DNA of 64,000 bases from Octopus vulgaris (lineage: Eukaryota). This document shows, piece by piece, positions 1-12,979 of the stretch. Every line of letters starts with the position of its first letter. Position 1 is the stretch's first letter. Location of the stretch: NCBI GenBank assembly GCA_951406725.2, contig OX597821.1, positions 12,214,001 through 12,278,000 of the forward strand, written 5' to 3'. The notes below the pieces were generated by a model. That model had not been told where the DNA came from, searched no databases, and was given only the letters and a program-made list of their open reading frames with translations. The translations under genes and the position numbers were made by a program.

Positions 1-987
1 ACAGATATGCATATAGGAAAGAAGGATAGGTACGATTGAGGAGATTGCGTATATTCGATACATTCGATACAGAAATCGAATATAGATGTTTAATGTGAAA
101 TGTGAGGTGTAAAATAAATTTCCCGAGCTGTATTGCGTTGAGTAATGCTCAGCAAAGAAGGACAGAGAAATCTAAACGAGATGTGAAAACGTCGAAACAG
201 ATGTTTGGGCGGACACAAAAATGGCCACGCATACATGCACAAGCATATATATATACACACACACACACACATACAAGCACACACACACACACGCGCTCTC
301 CCTCTTTCCCACCCCCAATCTCTGTCTCAGTTTTTCTTTCTCTCTTCTACGCACATGCACTCACACACACATGCACGTCTTACAAGGGTCGAAGAATTCT
401 AGGAATTGAAAATAGGAACCAATAATTTGAAACCCGAAAATGTCTTTACTAAAAGAGATATGCCTAAATCTAATAATAACATATTAGAAAACACAAAAAT
501 TTATATAAAATCAATGTATTGACCGCATAAGAATCAATGTGAGTTTGATCGAAGTAATTAGATTGAAGAGAGATCAAGAAACGGATCAAAGTATTTCCAC
601 TAATATTGGTGGTAAAAGTAATTTTGCGATAAACAGAAGTGACATCTACGTTCGATGGAAGAGGTCACGAAATAAATAACTTTGAAGGTCTACTGTAGTT
701 CAATAATTCCCAATTTTTGCTTAAGGCTAACTTTTCATGAAATAACATATAATAATTCTCACTTTAAAACAAGAGCATCATCCACCGGAAAGATGTAATG
801 AGTCATGTCGGTAGAGCCCTCCCCTTTAATAAATTTCATTAGAATTGTATTTTGAAACGAATCGAGATATTTATTTTCTAGAGTAACACATATTTGAGAT
901 CGAATTGTTCGAGGTCTGTTTTCCAGATATTTCAATAAATGTTTGAATAGATATAATTCCTTATGCCTCTGTATACGTTTTGAATTT

Positions 988-1100
988 AGAACTGTTATCA
1001 ATTTGGCCCTCTACTCAAATAATTGAGTAGAGTTAGGGTTAGGGTTAGGGTTCCGTTAAGGGAACAACAACTGAATCTATACAATTATAATTAAGAGTTT
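988..1100. repeat. Short MITE-like element with a perfect 10-bp hairpin followed by (TTAGGG)3
   Basis: ctctactcaa-ataa-ttgagtagag (1009-1032) is directly followed by ttagggttagggttagggtt (1033-1052). Weak terminal inverted similarity (agaactgtta / taagagttt). Boundaries approximate. Confidence 0.45.
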
Positions 1101-4100
1101 TGTCATTTTTGACTTCGGGGAATCTTTTCTCGTTTAGATTTGAAATTTTGGTGAGATCTTGAGAGATTACATTTAGTGCTTTGAGAATATGCCGTTCTTA
1201 AGATCATCGTTGTAAGAAGCCGACTTTGTGATGAAGGCCGTTTCATCCACTTAGCACTGGAAATTTCACACTCACACACATACACACACATACACACACA
1301 CATACACACACACTTGCACACATACACACACATATGCACACTTGCGGTAACTGATATTTATTAACATCTAAGAAGTTGACACTACACGAATCTCTTGGTC
1401 GTCAGTCAATGAGAGGTATAGCAGAAAGAATACGTGCTGATTATGTAATAGCATAGTTAAAGCGGCGCTAAATAATTAATATGTAGACATATACCTACCC
1501 ACATGAGTAAACCTGTCTTTTTAACACGGTCTTTCCCGAACATTAGATTACATCTAAGTTCGACGGACGAGGTCACGAAATTAATAATTTTGAAGTTGTC
1601 ACCTTTTAAAAAAAAGGTAAATGTTACGATAGAGCCTGGAATGCTTTTCATCATACATTTGGTCTTTCAATGTTGAAAATTATTTAAGAGCAGCAAAAGA
1701 ACAACTACAATAATATATCAAGAACAGGTGTACTACTTTCAACCTTTAGACTTTCGTAACTTTGTAGAGTCTTAGAGTCCGTTACCATATAATTCCTGAT
1801 ACTTGTTATGATGGGTAAAACGTTATCAGAAATTTCTCCAAACTATTCAGTTATATTTGTTTAAGTCCTATGTTGAACAATCTCCGCGGTCGATTTGCGC
1901 TTTCAGGCTATAAGATTGATAAAATAATCGATAATCAATTACTGTAATGTATTCATCGACATTAAACACCCACAAACTTATATATTGCTGCCAACGCTAA
2001 GAATACACCGTTAACGTTTTGCTCTCATTGAATTATGTTTATTGTTCGTATAGTTTCCACTCAGTATTTCCGAAATGAATGTCTATCAGAGTTACACTTA
2101 GGATGGAAACGTGCAGATTAGTAGAACTGCTACACTGCACAAGCGTCTTGAACCAATTCCGATACACAATGGTTTGGCAGAAATTCATTTACTTATATGC
2201 TTCAAATTATATGCGAATGAGCTTACACAGAGTCATGCAGATAGTGGGTGAAGCGCTCGACAAAGGAAACAGCACACCTGTCAAACATGTATGCTGTTTC
2301 CTTTCTCTACCGTTCTTCTACTGTTACTGTATTGGACTATGCTCTATGTAATCGTTAGACTCCTGCAACACTTACTTAGACATTCTCAAGTTATTCCTCT
2401 CTCTTTCTACTTATATCATCATTATGTTCAAGCTTCTATCCATCGCAGTAAACACTGTGTTTTTTTCCCTTCCCACAAATTCCGCAACCTAGAATAAACA
2501 CCATGATCATGTCTTTATGAAAAATGTTGATTTCAAAGATCCAACGGAAAACCTATTGGCATCATTGTCACTAATATGTGAATGTCACCCCTACGTACAC
2601 TCTCAGCAAATAAATGCAATGTCTATATGAAGAAAGTCCGATGTTTATCTGCAGTAAAACAATACACGGTGATTCATAAGAAAAGTTATCGTGACTTATG
2701 TCAGAATATGTTTCTTTTATTTTGCTTTGTTTTTTTTTTCTGCTTTTCGAAATTTTGCTAACATTATTTTCAATGTTCAAAATATTTCTGATCTCATAAA
2801 CATTGATTCTAGGCTTTGTTGCATGAACTTTTTTCAGAAATACGTGAGAATTTATAAATATTCATGCTCCACCACCACCACCACCACCACCACCACCACA
2901 ACCTCCAACACAAACAACAAGAGCAACAACAACACAAAAAGACCACAATAATAACGCTGGTATTAATATTATTCTTAGTATTACGGAAAATGTTCAACTG
3001 GTTTTTCTGAAAATTAAATCAGTTATGAAAAATAGAAGAATAGGATTTTGCTTTGTATTTCAGTAATAGAAGAAACGATACCCATGTTTTCATGCCAACT
3101 ATTTGCCCGTGTTACTAAGAACCCAGTTTTACATCTTGTTAAACAAAGTAACAGTTGGCTTTCTGTCGAAACGAAACAACTTTGTTATCACCAAAGAACG
3201 TAAACATTGATGTCTCTTGTAAATAAAATGAAGTATTTGGGAAATGAAATTACTTTTGAGACCTCGGTGTGAGCTGAATCTAATTTCAGATAAGGTATTG
3301 TGTAAAACGATTGTTCCTGATACTAAGATAAAAAAAAATGATGTGTTTGTAAATGCTATAAACCTAGAATTCCCTAGATTTCTATTGCTTGTGAATGATT
3401 AAACACTCTCTATCTGGATGAAAATAGCTTTACTTGCACTGCAGTGTTTAGACCATTAGGTTCATTTATATTACATTTCTTATTGCAGCAACTAGTTTGG
3501 CTCCTTGATATAATTGAATAAATGAATTAATGAATAAACTGACTGATAAAGAATCAGATAAATTGTGGAAATTTAAATATATACAGTTAAAGGAAATACA
3601 GAATGTTATCTCGGAAAAAAAAAAACGAGAAATAAATGTTAAAGACATATAGCTTTGTTCTTAGTTGATATCTTATCTCTGTTGTTTCAAAGCAGTGAAG
3701 AAAAAAAGAAGCGCTAATGATATGCCAATTGAAAAGTAACAGTATAATGAATATATAAATTAAACAGTAGACGTAACATCCATCACAACAAAATGACACT
3801 AAAATAACAAATTAGTCAACTTTATTTCCAATGATACTTATTATATCAGTTATCTTTTGTTCTACAACGAGTTGCTATGGAAACTATTCAATGCAAATAA
3901 ACATTAATGCTATTCCGGACCACTAACCTTCAATTGATATTTTACGGGCCCAGCGATTTGAATCGGGAAAATCTGAGATAGAAGAGTAGTTTTATTGTTT
4001 AAAGAGTATTAAAAAAGAGATAAATGGAAGTAAAACGCGTGAGAAGTGAGAAAAGGAAAAGAAAGATAGGACAAGTGAGAGTGAATGTAATAAAACCACT

Positions 4101-6059
4101 CTCTCCGATCTTTAAATTTTATATTTCGCTAACAATTAAATTTATATTTCTTTAATACTTTTAACATATATAGCATGATTTATTGGAGTAAACGCAAGTG
4201 GCGTTGACTGGATGCCATAAATTTATGGATGAAGGGTGGAGTTAAATATATCTTACTCTCAATACTCGAATACTTCACTGTTACTACATTTTTATCGTCA
4301 CAGAATAAACGGTTGGCTATGGCTGCCAATAGACGATAGTGAATTTTCAGAACGTAAACCGACGTAACTAAATACCACAAGATATTTTGTCTGTCACTCT
4401 AACGCTTCTGCTAAACGCCACTTGAAAATGTTCCATGATATTACATATTCAATCCATACTTGCAAATTTCCTGTTTGGCAGGTCTAAGTGAGAAAGGCGT
4501 CAGTGGGAAAAAATAAATCTGTTGTTAAGTGATCGTTGTGTTTTCGAAACCAACTTGTAAAATATTCCATTTTCTGCGTAGTAAAATATATAGATGTGTT
4601 AAAAAACAGAAGTGGAAAGAAATCACATAAGATGGTGTTGAATTGCTTCGAGTTTTATGCAAGAAATATGGATGCTGTCGTCAATCATAATTGAAGGTTA
4701 TGTTTATATTGAAAGATATATTTCCTGATGGCGAGCTGTGAGTAGCCCAATCGATGTGAAGAGTATGAAGAAACGTATAAAATGAGGTTAAAAAGGGCGA
4801 GAAACAAACATAACTCACTTCAAAAAATATTGAGATTTGGACAAAAAGTTCCAGTGTTTTCTTTTTAGAGGAGAATGAAGTTAATGCAGTAAAGATTGAT
4901 CGCACGGAATTTCCTTCCTTTATACATTTTTTATGTGGTATTTCGGTTTATTTAAACGAAGTAGTAATTTTTACAATGATTGATGTAAAGCAACCTTATG
5001 TACAGTATCTTTCGAAAATACGAATTTCTTCCTAACCTTTTCTATTCTAGGGTACATTTTTGAGTAAATGATTTTTTACGATCTTTCCACTCTGTCTTTT
5101 TTCACTTCATTTCAAGTGCTCTGTTGTAACAGTTTCAAATCCTGAAAACTCATTGATGGTGCCCCATCCCTTAACTATAAACTTTTCACTTTCTCACTAG
5201 TACCATGATTACTAAAGTCCACTTCTAGTATATCAGGAGTGATAGAAAACTGTAAAAATTACTTGGGCTATGGTTCGGGATACTATTTTTCTCAAACACT
5301 AAAACAAAGAGGTTTTCCGTAGATCCTGAAATACCACAAATCCGTCCCGGCCGCAAATAGAGCTGCACTTATCACAAATACTTTGCAAGAAATATTGCAA
5401 AATATGTTCATATATGTGCATATTTTCATGATGAAATATTCGCACAGTTTATAAACATTCTGGGTTCACGGGGCACATCCATTTGCGCATACATCATGCA
5501 AAATAGTGAAATCATGAAAACAATAGTGGGCGCACCAAGGAATACCTCATTGAAATCAAGGCAGTTTTCTTTGACATCAGCAAATAATTCAACTGTAACT
5601 AATACAAAAATGTTGTATCTTAGCTAAAAAAAACATTAACTGCTCTCATTACTTTTCTTCTTCTATCTTCTTTGCACAGATCACTGTGACTCACTTACTC
5701 TCGGTTCAGTTGTCCTTCAAAGAAATTTAATTGCTAAGTAAATAACATCATTGCGTAATAATGTAATGACAGAGCGATAATATAATTATAAAATCATAAG
5801 ACAACAAACTGAAAACTGAACTAAAAACAATGAAGTTAAACTTACAAAGTAAAGAAATATGGCAAAGCAGCTAATCAACAATGTATTGTATAACCTTCAA
5901 CTTTCAGTTTCTCTCTACACTATACTGTTACTACAAGGTTCGCTGCTCATTTTCACAAGCAGAATAACTAGGGTGTGCTCTTCATCAGAAAAAAACCCAT
6001 CGACATGTGAACTTCATTGTACCGGATATTCTTATAAAATTCTCTATTTGATTTATAAC

Positions 6060-6270
6060 CATTCGAATTTCGTGCATAACACTATGCTGGAAACGATGTA
6101 ATTTTCAAAAATCTTCTTTCTCCTCCATATTTCAGCTGCACAGTTTTTCAATGTTCATAAACCCGGAGTGTAATCCCCTAATATAGCAACAATGTCACTA
6201 GGAACTTCATTGGGGGCTCGGTCGTTTTTCGGCAGATATTTGATAGCAACCCGATGCCATGCATGTACAT
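6060..6270 (-). mobile_element. Degenerate mariner transposase, N-terminal HTH fragment
   Basis: Minus-strand translation WHRVAIKYLPKNDRAPNEVPSDIVAILGDYTPGL*TLKNCAAEIWRR follows the mariner N-terminal pattern (R.VIKYL..KG..P..I...M...LG..AP...TV..WAAEF.RGR). Contains a stop. Confidence 0.7.
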
Positions 6271-6753
6271 GCTTCATAGCACGAATGTTCTATTTAAAAT
6301 CACGTTAAAGATCTATTTATTTATCGAAATGTGTGATATCGGGTCAAACCTGACAACGTGTAGTGTTAAGAAACGAATTTCTTATGCTCTAATTTCCCAC
6401 TGAATTTTCAAAGTTTCTAATTTAGTCAAAGAACTAGTGTCAAAAAGGCAGTATATGCAGATAGGCAAAAATGGAAACAAGCTACGTCTATACTGAGAAT
6501 TGCATTGAACATGAAAAAACATTATTAGACATCTAAGCATAAGACACAAAATAGCTATACAGGAAAGTTCTTGTTCTCTCTACTTATGCATCGTACCATA
6601 TTTAACATTGTTCAGAAGTATTTTATAGACATTTTACTAGAATGTAACACTATACAATTCAAATATACAGAAAATAATTTAAATATTCTAAGAATAATCG
6701 TCGAAGTAGTACGATATTACTAAAGTTCAAGACATTTATGCATGTTCCACTGA

Positions 6754-6754
6754 C

Positions 6755-6794
<40 letters not shown>

Positions 6795-6798
6795 GTGT

Positions 6799-6882
<84 letters not shown>

Positions 6883-6960
6883 GTATGCATATATATATAT
6901 ATACACATATATATATATATATATGTTTGTATGTATGTATATAAATATACATATATAAAT
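6754..6960. repeat. Compound (TA)n/(GT)n microsatellite
   Basis: Read directly from sequence. Confidence 0.95.
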
Positions 6961-7287
6961 ACATCAGACATATATACGTAAGTGAATAAGTTGTATTCCA
7001 GTGAGATTAAGTGATATAATCCAGAAGTAGAAGATACATATATTTTATATTCTCTGTTTTATATTCGCAGACTAATGGAAACAATGTAGAACATGAATAT
7101 AAATACATAAAATATTTAGCAATGAAAAACTCGTACATTCAACAGTAAAGAAAGGCATAGTGAGATAATTCGACAGAATAAAGAATAAAGAAAAACTGTA
7201 GAATATATAACAAAGGTAGAAATATGATATTATATGCCCTTATAATAAAGAAAATTATGCAATTATGTACAGGTATATATATATATG

Positions 7288-7323
<36 letters not shown>

Positions 7324-7791
7324 CATATACATTGTGTGTATATCTTTGTGTGTATATATGGATGAATATCCTTGTAAGAGTATTTCTATGGGTGTACAGT
7401 CTATGATTGTCTTTTAGCGTGTGTGCATACGTGTCTATGGGTGTATGTGAGCATTAAAATAAAAAAACCTAATTCATTGAATATTCCAATGTTAAAGGCG
7501 ATGATATTGTATTGTGTAAGAATTGAGAATACGAGAATATAATATTCTGTATTTGAAACGCTGGGGAAATATAAAGGCAATATACAGTCCAGCATGATAC
7601 AAAATATTATATCTTACAGCTAGTTGAAAAGCGATTTATTTATTTTTTATTTTGGTAGCTATGCTAATATATACTAGACGGCTATAAGTGGACATTTAGG
7701 TCTGTAAATTTACAATCATACACTCACAGACTTGCAGTTATATACAAACATACATATGCATTTGTATATATATATATATATATATATATAT

Positions 7792-8224
7792 GTCAGAAAT
7801 ATTAAATTTCTAAATGTCTCGAAGAGACATGAGCGGTGGTGGAGCGATAGAGTGGTTGTATACTGTCAACCTAACGTGACAGTCTCGTATGGGAATTACA
7901 ACATCGCTGTTTAGCCCTAGGAAGCATCGAACGCTTTTTGTCGGCTTTGACACATTTTCTGTGTCCTTATATATATTCGGGAAGGCTGGACAGGCACCTC
8001 AATCAGCAGATCTCACCATTCTGGGCTGATAACGGGTTAAGACCCAGAAACATGCATGTCCTCAGGTGTGAATCTTGGCTGGTAGGGGTGCTTGCCTCCC
8101 CTTCACAAATATAAGGACACAGAAAATGTGTCAAAACCGACAGGAAGCGTTTGATGCTTCCTAGGGCTAAACAGCGGTGGTGTAATTCCCATACGGGACT
8201 GTCACGTTAAGTTGACAGTATACA

Positions 8225-8227
<3 letters not shown>
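7792..8227. mobile_element. Penelope-like fold-back element: inverted arms of about 130 bp around a hammerhead-containing loop, between (TA)n and (CT)n(TA)n tracts
   Basis: 7854-7985 (ggttgtatactgtcaacctaacgtgacagtc...gtgtccttata) is the imperfect reverse complement of 8100-8227 (tataaggacac...gactgtcacgttaagttgacagtatacaacc). Hammerhead motif lies in the spacer. Confidence 0.7.
8021..8065 (+). ncRNA. Minimal type-I hammerhead ribozyme motif (core variant CUGAUAA)
   Basis: ctggg [CTGATAA] c gggt taag accc a [GAAAC] atgcat [GTC] ctcag. Stem I ctggg/ctcag, stem II gggt/accc, palindromic stem III ACATGCATGT, GUC triplet. The G8-to-A change probably inactivates this copy. Confidence 0.7.
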
Positions 8228-8308
<81 letters not shown>

Positions 8309-8483
8309 ATACATATATATATATACATATATACATGTACATTAGCGTGGTGTATGTATATATATACATATACATATATACGTAATTTCAGTATTTTTGG
8401 GAGTTTGTTGAATATCGGTTATGCGATGGCGCTTGATTGCGTACATATTTAGTCCTAACACTCTCAAATATATATTTCGAATC

Positions 8484-8551
8484 GTTGCACTTCAGATGAG
8501 AAATAAGTAAGTAAATATAAATTTACTTTAATCTCGAAACGCGTATGTAGC
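8484..8551 (+). ncRNA. Minimal type-I hammerhead ribozyme motif (core variant CAGAUGA) in a Penelope-like pLTR remnant (about 8385-8710)
   Basis: gttgca ctt [CAGATGA] ga...aagtaaat ataa atttactt...tc [GAAAC] gc [GTA] tgtagc. Stem I gttgca/tgtagc, palindromic stem III ACGCGT. U4-to-A change and three extra nt before the core. Confidence 0.6.
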
Positions 8552-8759
8552 TAAACTGAGTCGTGTGGATTCATTTTTTTTTCTTTTTGCCTACATAAAA
8601 AAGTGTTACTTTCTCGGAGATCTTTGTGGTTGTAGTAGAAAAGGCATTAGCGTCTATTTTTTAATTCAATGCGTAGCGGAGCAATTAGCTGACCCCTGAT
8701 TATAATTATGTATACAATTATAGAATATTTGTCCACACACATACACACACACATGTATA

Positions 8760-9275
8760 TATAAAGGGGGTTTGTAGCCTCAGCTCAGAGCTGCGGGAAT
8801 GCATACGCACCACTGTTTTACAACTCTGCTATTATGAAAATCCTCCCCTAATATGTGGCATTTGGTTAAATAAGAGAGTTTAACGTCGCTACCCTCATTT
8901 GCATCTCTTCCCTCGAGGTGGGTTCATCTGGGACTCTCGATAGGAAGAGGTCCAGTTTTCATTTGAAAACAACTACATCCACTTTGTGTATGTCCCTCAG
9001 GCTCTTTAACTGAATATTAAAAACTGTAGGGCCCTGAAACACAAGCTGTTACAGTAACTGCTCGTCCTGAAGCGCGATGGCATTGCTGGGATCTTTGGCC
9101 CTGTACAATCTCGATCAGTTTTGGCATTCGTGTAGCTTCCAATGACAAAATTTGGTACAATTCCTACGAGGATATTCCAGATGTATTTTACTGCATACCG
9201 CTTCCGCTTTTGCTCCAGAGATTAGAGTTTAAGAGGTTTCAGCCTTTCCCAGTAGCTGAGTTGTTGCAACGAGAT
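8760..9275 (-). mobile_element. CR1/L2-group LINE 3' fragment (C-terminal to RT)
   Basis: Minus translation ISLQQLSYWERLKPLKL*SLEQKRKRYAVKYIWNILVGIVPNF...FK*KLDLFLSRVPDEP matches the CR1-type Y.ERL..L.L.SL..RR.R and FK..LD.FL..VPD.P motifs. Contains stops and frameshifts. Confidence 0.8.
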
Positions 9276-9277
9276 AT

Positions 9278-9480
9278 GGTAAAAACTTTCTTTCCAAAAC
9301 CTGAGAAGCTCAACAATCAGTGATCAGCACAGAACCTCGTGGTTATTCTGTGAATTAGAAAAGCGGGCATATGCTCTATTTTCTTGAACTTAGCTGTATG
9401 GTGAATGGTGTGTGGTGGATTTAGACATTAAAAATATTATAGAAGCGAAGAGAACGAGCCTGATTCTGTAAATTTTATAT
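9278..9480 (+). mobile_element. Mariner internal fragment, inverted homologue of 11270-11480
   Basis: Aligns by eye to the reverse complement of 11270-11480 (gaacttagctgtatggtgaat, ggatttagacatt, cctgattctg). Confidence 0.6.
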
Positions 9481-9594
9481 TCAGTTATGGAAGTTGGTAG
9501 CGGAGAGCGTGGAATTTTCCGGGATTAAACTGTATATAATTGTCCACAGCTCATCTCTAAAATAAGTCCAACTCCTACTGCACCCCATATATAT

Positions 9595-9788
9595 ATATCT
9601 TTTACTATAGCTTCGAGCCAACCAAAGCACTGTGAGCAAATTTGGTATACGGAAACTGAAAGAATCCTGTCGTATATATACATATGTATACAAGTATGTG
9701 TGTGTGTTTGTATATATATATATATATATATTTATATATGTGCGTGTGTCTTTGCGCGTGTGTGTGTCTGTGTTTGTCCCCCACCACC
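9595..9788 (+). mobile_element. SINE family A internal fragment, inverted near-identical copy of 12890-13093
   Basis: Shares private variants (cactgtgagcaaatttggtatacg, tttgcgcgtgtg) with the minus-strand copy at 12890-13093. Confidence 0.85.
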
Positions 9789-9793
9789 CCATT

Positions 9794-9825
<32 letters not shown>

Positions 9826-10979
9826 GACAGACAAGCAGATACAAGTGTATAGTTTAAAGCCAAATGGTGTTACTTGGCTCTCCTGCTACATTGATATTAA
9901 ATATTTGCCAGACACTAAATCCCAGCACGCTACAAGATATGCACATTAAGCTACCTTCAGTTTTAATTTCAATATTTTCAGGACAGAACATGGCATATAA
10001 GATAAGTCTGTCACTTGTGAAATTGCATTTATCTGCTCTTTCTAACGAACATTCGCGAGGGAATATCCTAACTATAATATTAGAAAGGTTTAAATTGGGT
10101 TGTGTAATATGAATGTTAAGAGCTTTCATGACTTTATTCAATTACATTTGAAGAATCAGCTTTCATTCATTTTGTAAGATGAGTTTGTAACATATTTGTC
10201 AATAACATAGAATGTATCGCTGTTTAATTTTCCCAATTTCTAAACAACTTCACTATACCTCGAAGCTATATAGTTAATTGATGAATTATTCAATAAAATC
10301 ATATGCACAATCTTAACTTAAAATGTCCATTATGTAGATGACTAAATGCGTTCCTTAAAGCTCAATAATGTTTCTTTTTCCCTTGAGAAAATGTTATTGT
10401 TCTTCTTTAGCAAAATGTGCAAATGTGCTCTCCTACACACTGAAGCACATATAATCTTGCGTTTCCAGTGGTATTCTCGTATCTTCCAGCGTGTCTCATA
10501 TAAAATCTCCCAAGTAATTTTCCCCATACCCCTCTGTATCCCATCAAACTCTTAACCTTTGAAACTGACGTCTCCACGTAGACGGTTCTATAAGAACATG
10601 TTACAAACCCACGTTATATCAATAGTAGTGAGACTAAAGTTACACTCAGTCTCTGCTTCATTATCCTTGTTCTTTGGGTTTGTATTAGTTCACAGTCATG
10701 TGCAATATATACAATTCTATTATCACCTTGGATTCCAGTAATTAAGGAATATTCACTTGCGAGAGAGATCACCCAAACCAGTTTATCTTACTTGTACTAA
10801 GAACAAACCCGAATACTTCTCTCGAAGGAGACAAAGATGTTTGGATTCCTACATCAGCGCATTCATATGATTTCGAGGAAAATAAACTCGCGAAAACATT
10901 TGAGGTTTTACGTGAACAACAAACAAACAAAATATTTGAAAATCATAACAATTTCTACTGCTTTATCCGCTCTTCTCTG

Positions 10980-11930
10980 ACAGCGAGTACATTTTCATTC
11001 ACTGATGTTAGATAAACTACTTCCGCGTTTTAGTAGATTACCTTTTCCATTCTTTGTGACATCTTTGCAAAACTTCTCTAATTTGAAAATACCCAAGATA
11101 ACGCTTTCACCCCGTCTCTGCTGTTAAATCCTTTTCTCTAAAAACGCTTTAATTGACCCGAACAAGTGAAAGTCGGCGGGTGACATATCCGGACATTACT
11201 CTCTATGGAGGATAATTTTACTAAATTGCCCGATGTGTTGCAAAGATATTGTGATAGTGAATGCGGATCAGTTTCAGAATCAGGTTCGGTCTCTTTGCTT
11301 TTTATAATCTTTTAAATGTCTAAATCCATCACTCACTATTCACCATACAGCTAAGTTCAATGAAATAGAGGACGTGGCAGCTTTTCTCATTCACAAACAA
11401 GAATAACCCACAACGTTCTGCGCTGATCACTGACTCTTGAACTTCTCAGGCTTTGAAAAGAAAGTTGTGTCACCATAGCATGGACTGGGCATTCGTAACT
11501 GTATTATGCATTTCATCTTCCATCAATAGATCGGCATAAACATGTGTCTTTTGGATTAAAACCCTTCCAGTCAATCAAGCGCAGACTGCCAACCTTCGAT
11601 CTGTGAAATCGAGTGTCCACCACGTAGGTACCTACCATGGACACACTTCTGATACACAAAGTTTCTTATCGGTTTCTGTAATACATTACGTTTCTCCTCT
11701 GCACGAAAGAATTCTTCCAATCACTGACACTCCGTGTCAGAGCTCGCAAACGATGGTCTCCCACTACTTGTTTTTTTCTTTTTGTCTTTAATATCGCTTC
11801 CACATCTTTCATCTTCAGCACCCCTGTATATTGCTCGTGTTTAAGGAGTCATCTCCGAAAACAACCTGTAACCTTCTGTGGATATCGGGCGGCTTGTAAC
11901 ACTTACCTAAAATTTATGGTACATAATTTT
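10980..11930 (-). mobile_element. Highly degenerate mariner transposase
   Basis: Minus-strand pieces PPDIHRRLQVVFGDDSL (HTH) and CPDMSPADFHLFGSIKAFL (YSPDLAPSDFHLF motif). Many stops and frameshifts. Confidence 0.7.
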
Positions 11931-12760
11931 TGCTTGGGATCCATTATTTGCTTGCAATAATGAAGTACAGGCAGAGAAGGTCTACTATAGTGGGAATATG
12001 ACTCTATCAACATATGCAATTTAATCGCACTATTTTAGTTAATAATTGTATGGCCACTTTTGCGCCAGCTTTGGTATTACTCCCGTGTGCTTACTAATAT
12101 TTCTCAGAATGATACACGCAGAAACAATTTCTGTACGTCGGAGCATGGGATATATAATCGAGAGAGGGCATTAGTGCTTATACAGTACTAGTTTGGTCTG
12201 TGATTAACAAATTGACAATGAAATGGAAATTTAAATCTGTATATGAAAAGTTTGTCCAGGGCAACAGCTGAGTCTGCTGGAACACGTAACCGAAACATGA
12301 CCACTAGCAACACTCCTACAATAACAGATAGTTGGTGCTTTCACAAAATAAATATGAGTACCAATCACCAATACAAAGCCTACACATTTGAAAAATACCG
12401 AAATTCATGCGATCTAGGTAAAATATCAAAAACAAAACGTCAATGAAGATTGAAGAGTGTTGGTAATTGCTAGAAATACAAAACTGAGAGAGGACCTTAA
12501 TTCTTTACATTGATTCAAAATTTGGCACAAGGCCAGCATTTACAGGGAAGGGATTAAGTTGATTACATCGACCCCCAGTATTCAAGCGGAACTATAATAT
12601 CATGTAACTTTGAGAGGGAGGAATCTAGCGGCGTTAAAGGTTTCTAGAATAGCTTTGCGGGATCATTCTGGAATACCCTCGGCATTAAAGTTATATCATC
12701 TGAACTATACTTTTAACGACGTTTTCTCAGTTATGCTCTAGGTAAAAAGAAAGTTCATAA

Positions 12761-12938
12761 GGCGCAGGAGTGGCTGTGTGGTAAAGGGCTTGCTTACCTA
12801 CCTCATGGTTCCGGGTACATTAAAGCGAATGAATCGACCCAGTTCTTAACTTTTACTTATTTAAGCCTGGTACTTAATCTATCGGTCTCGGTGGTGGGGG
12901 ACAAACACAGACACACACACGCGCAAAGACACACGCAC

Positions 12939-12979
<41 letters not shown>

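Noticed and set aside
2089-2288. Open frame bounded by AG...GT, a possible exon
   Set aside because: Weak polypyrimidine tract, no recognisable domain, no partner exons.
5230-5610. Moderately open frames on both strands
   Set aside because: No motif I can identify with confidence.
5950-5990. Minus-strand CTGATGA with an agca/tgct stem
   Set aside because: No correctly placed GAAAC-NUH or stem I.
7520-7562. Hairpin aatacgagaatat/atattctgtatt followed by GAAACGC
   Set aside because: The CUGANGA core and stem I are not recognisable; too degenerate.
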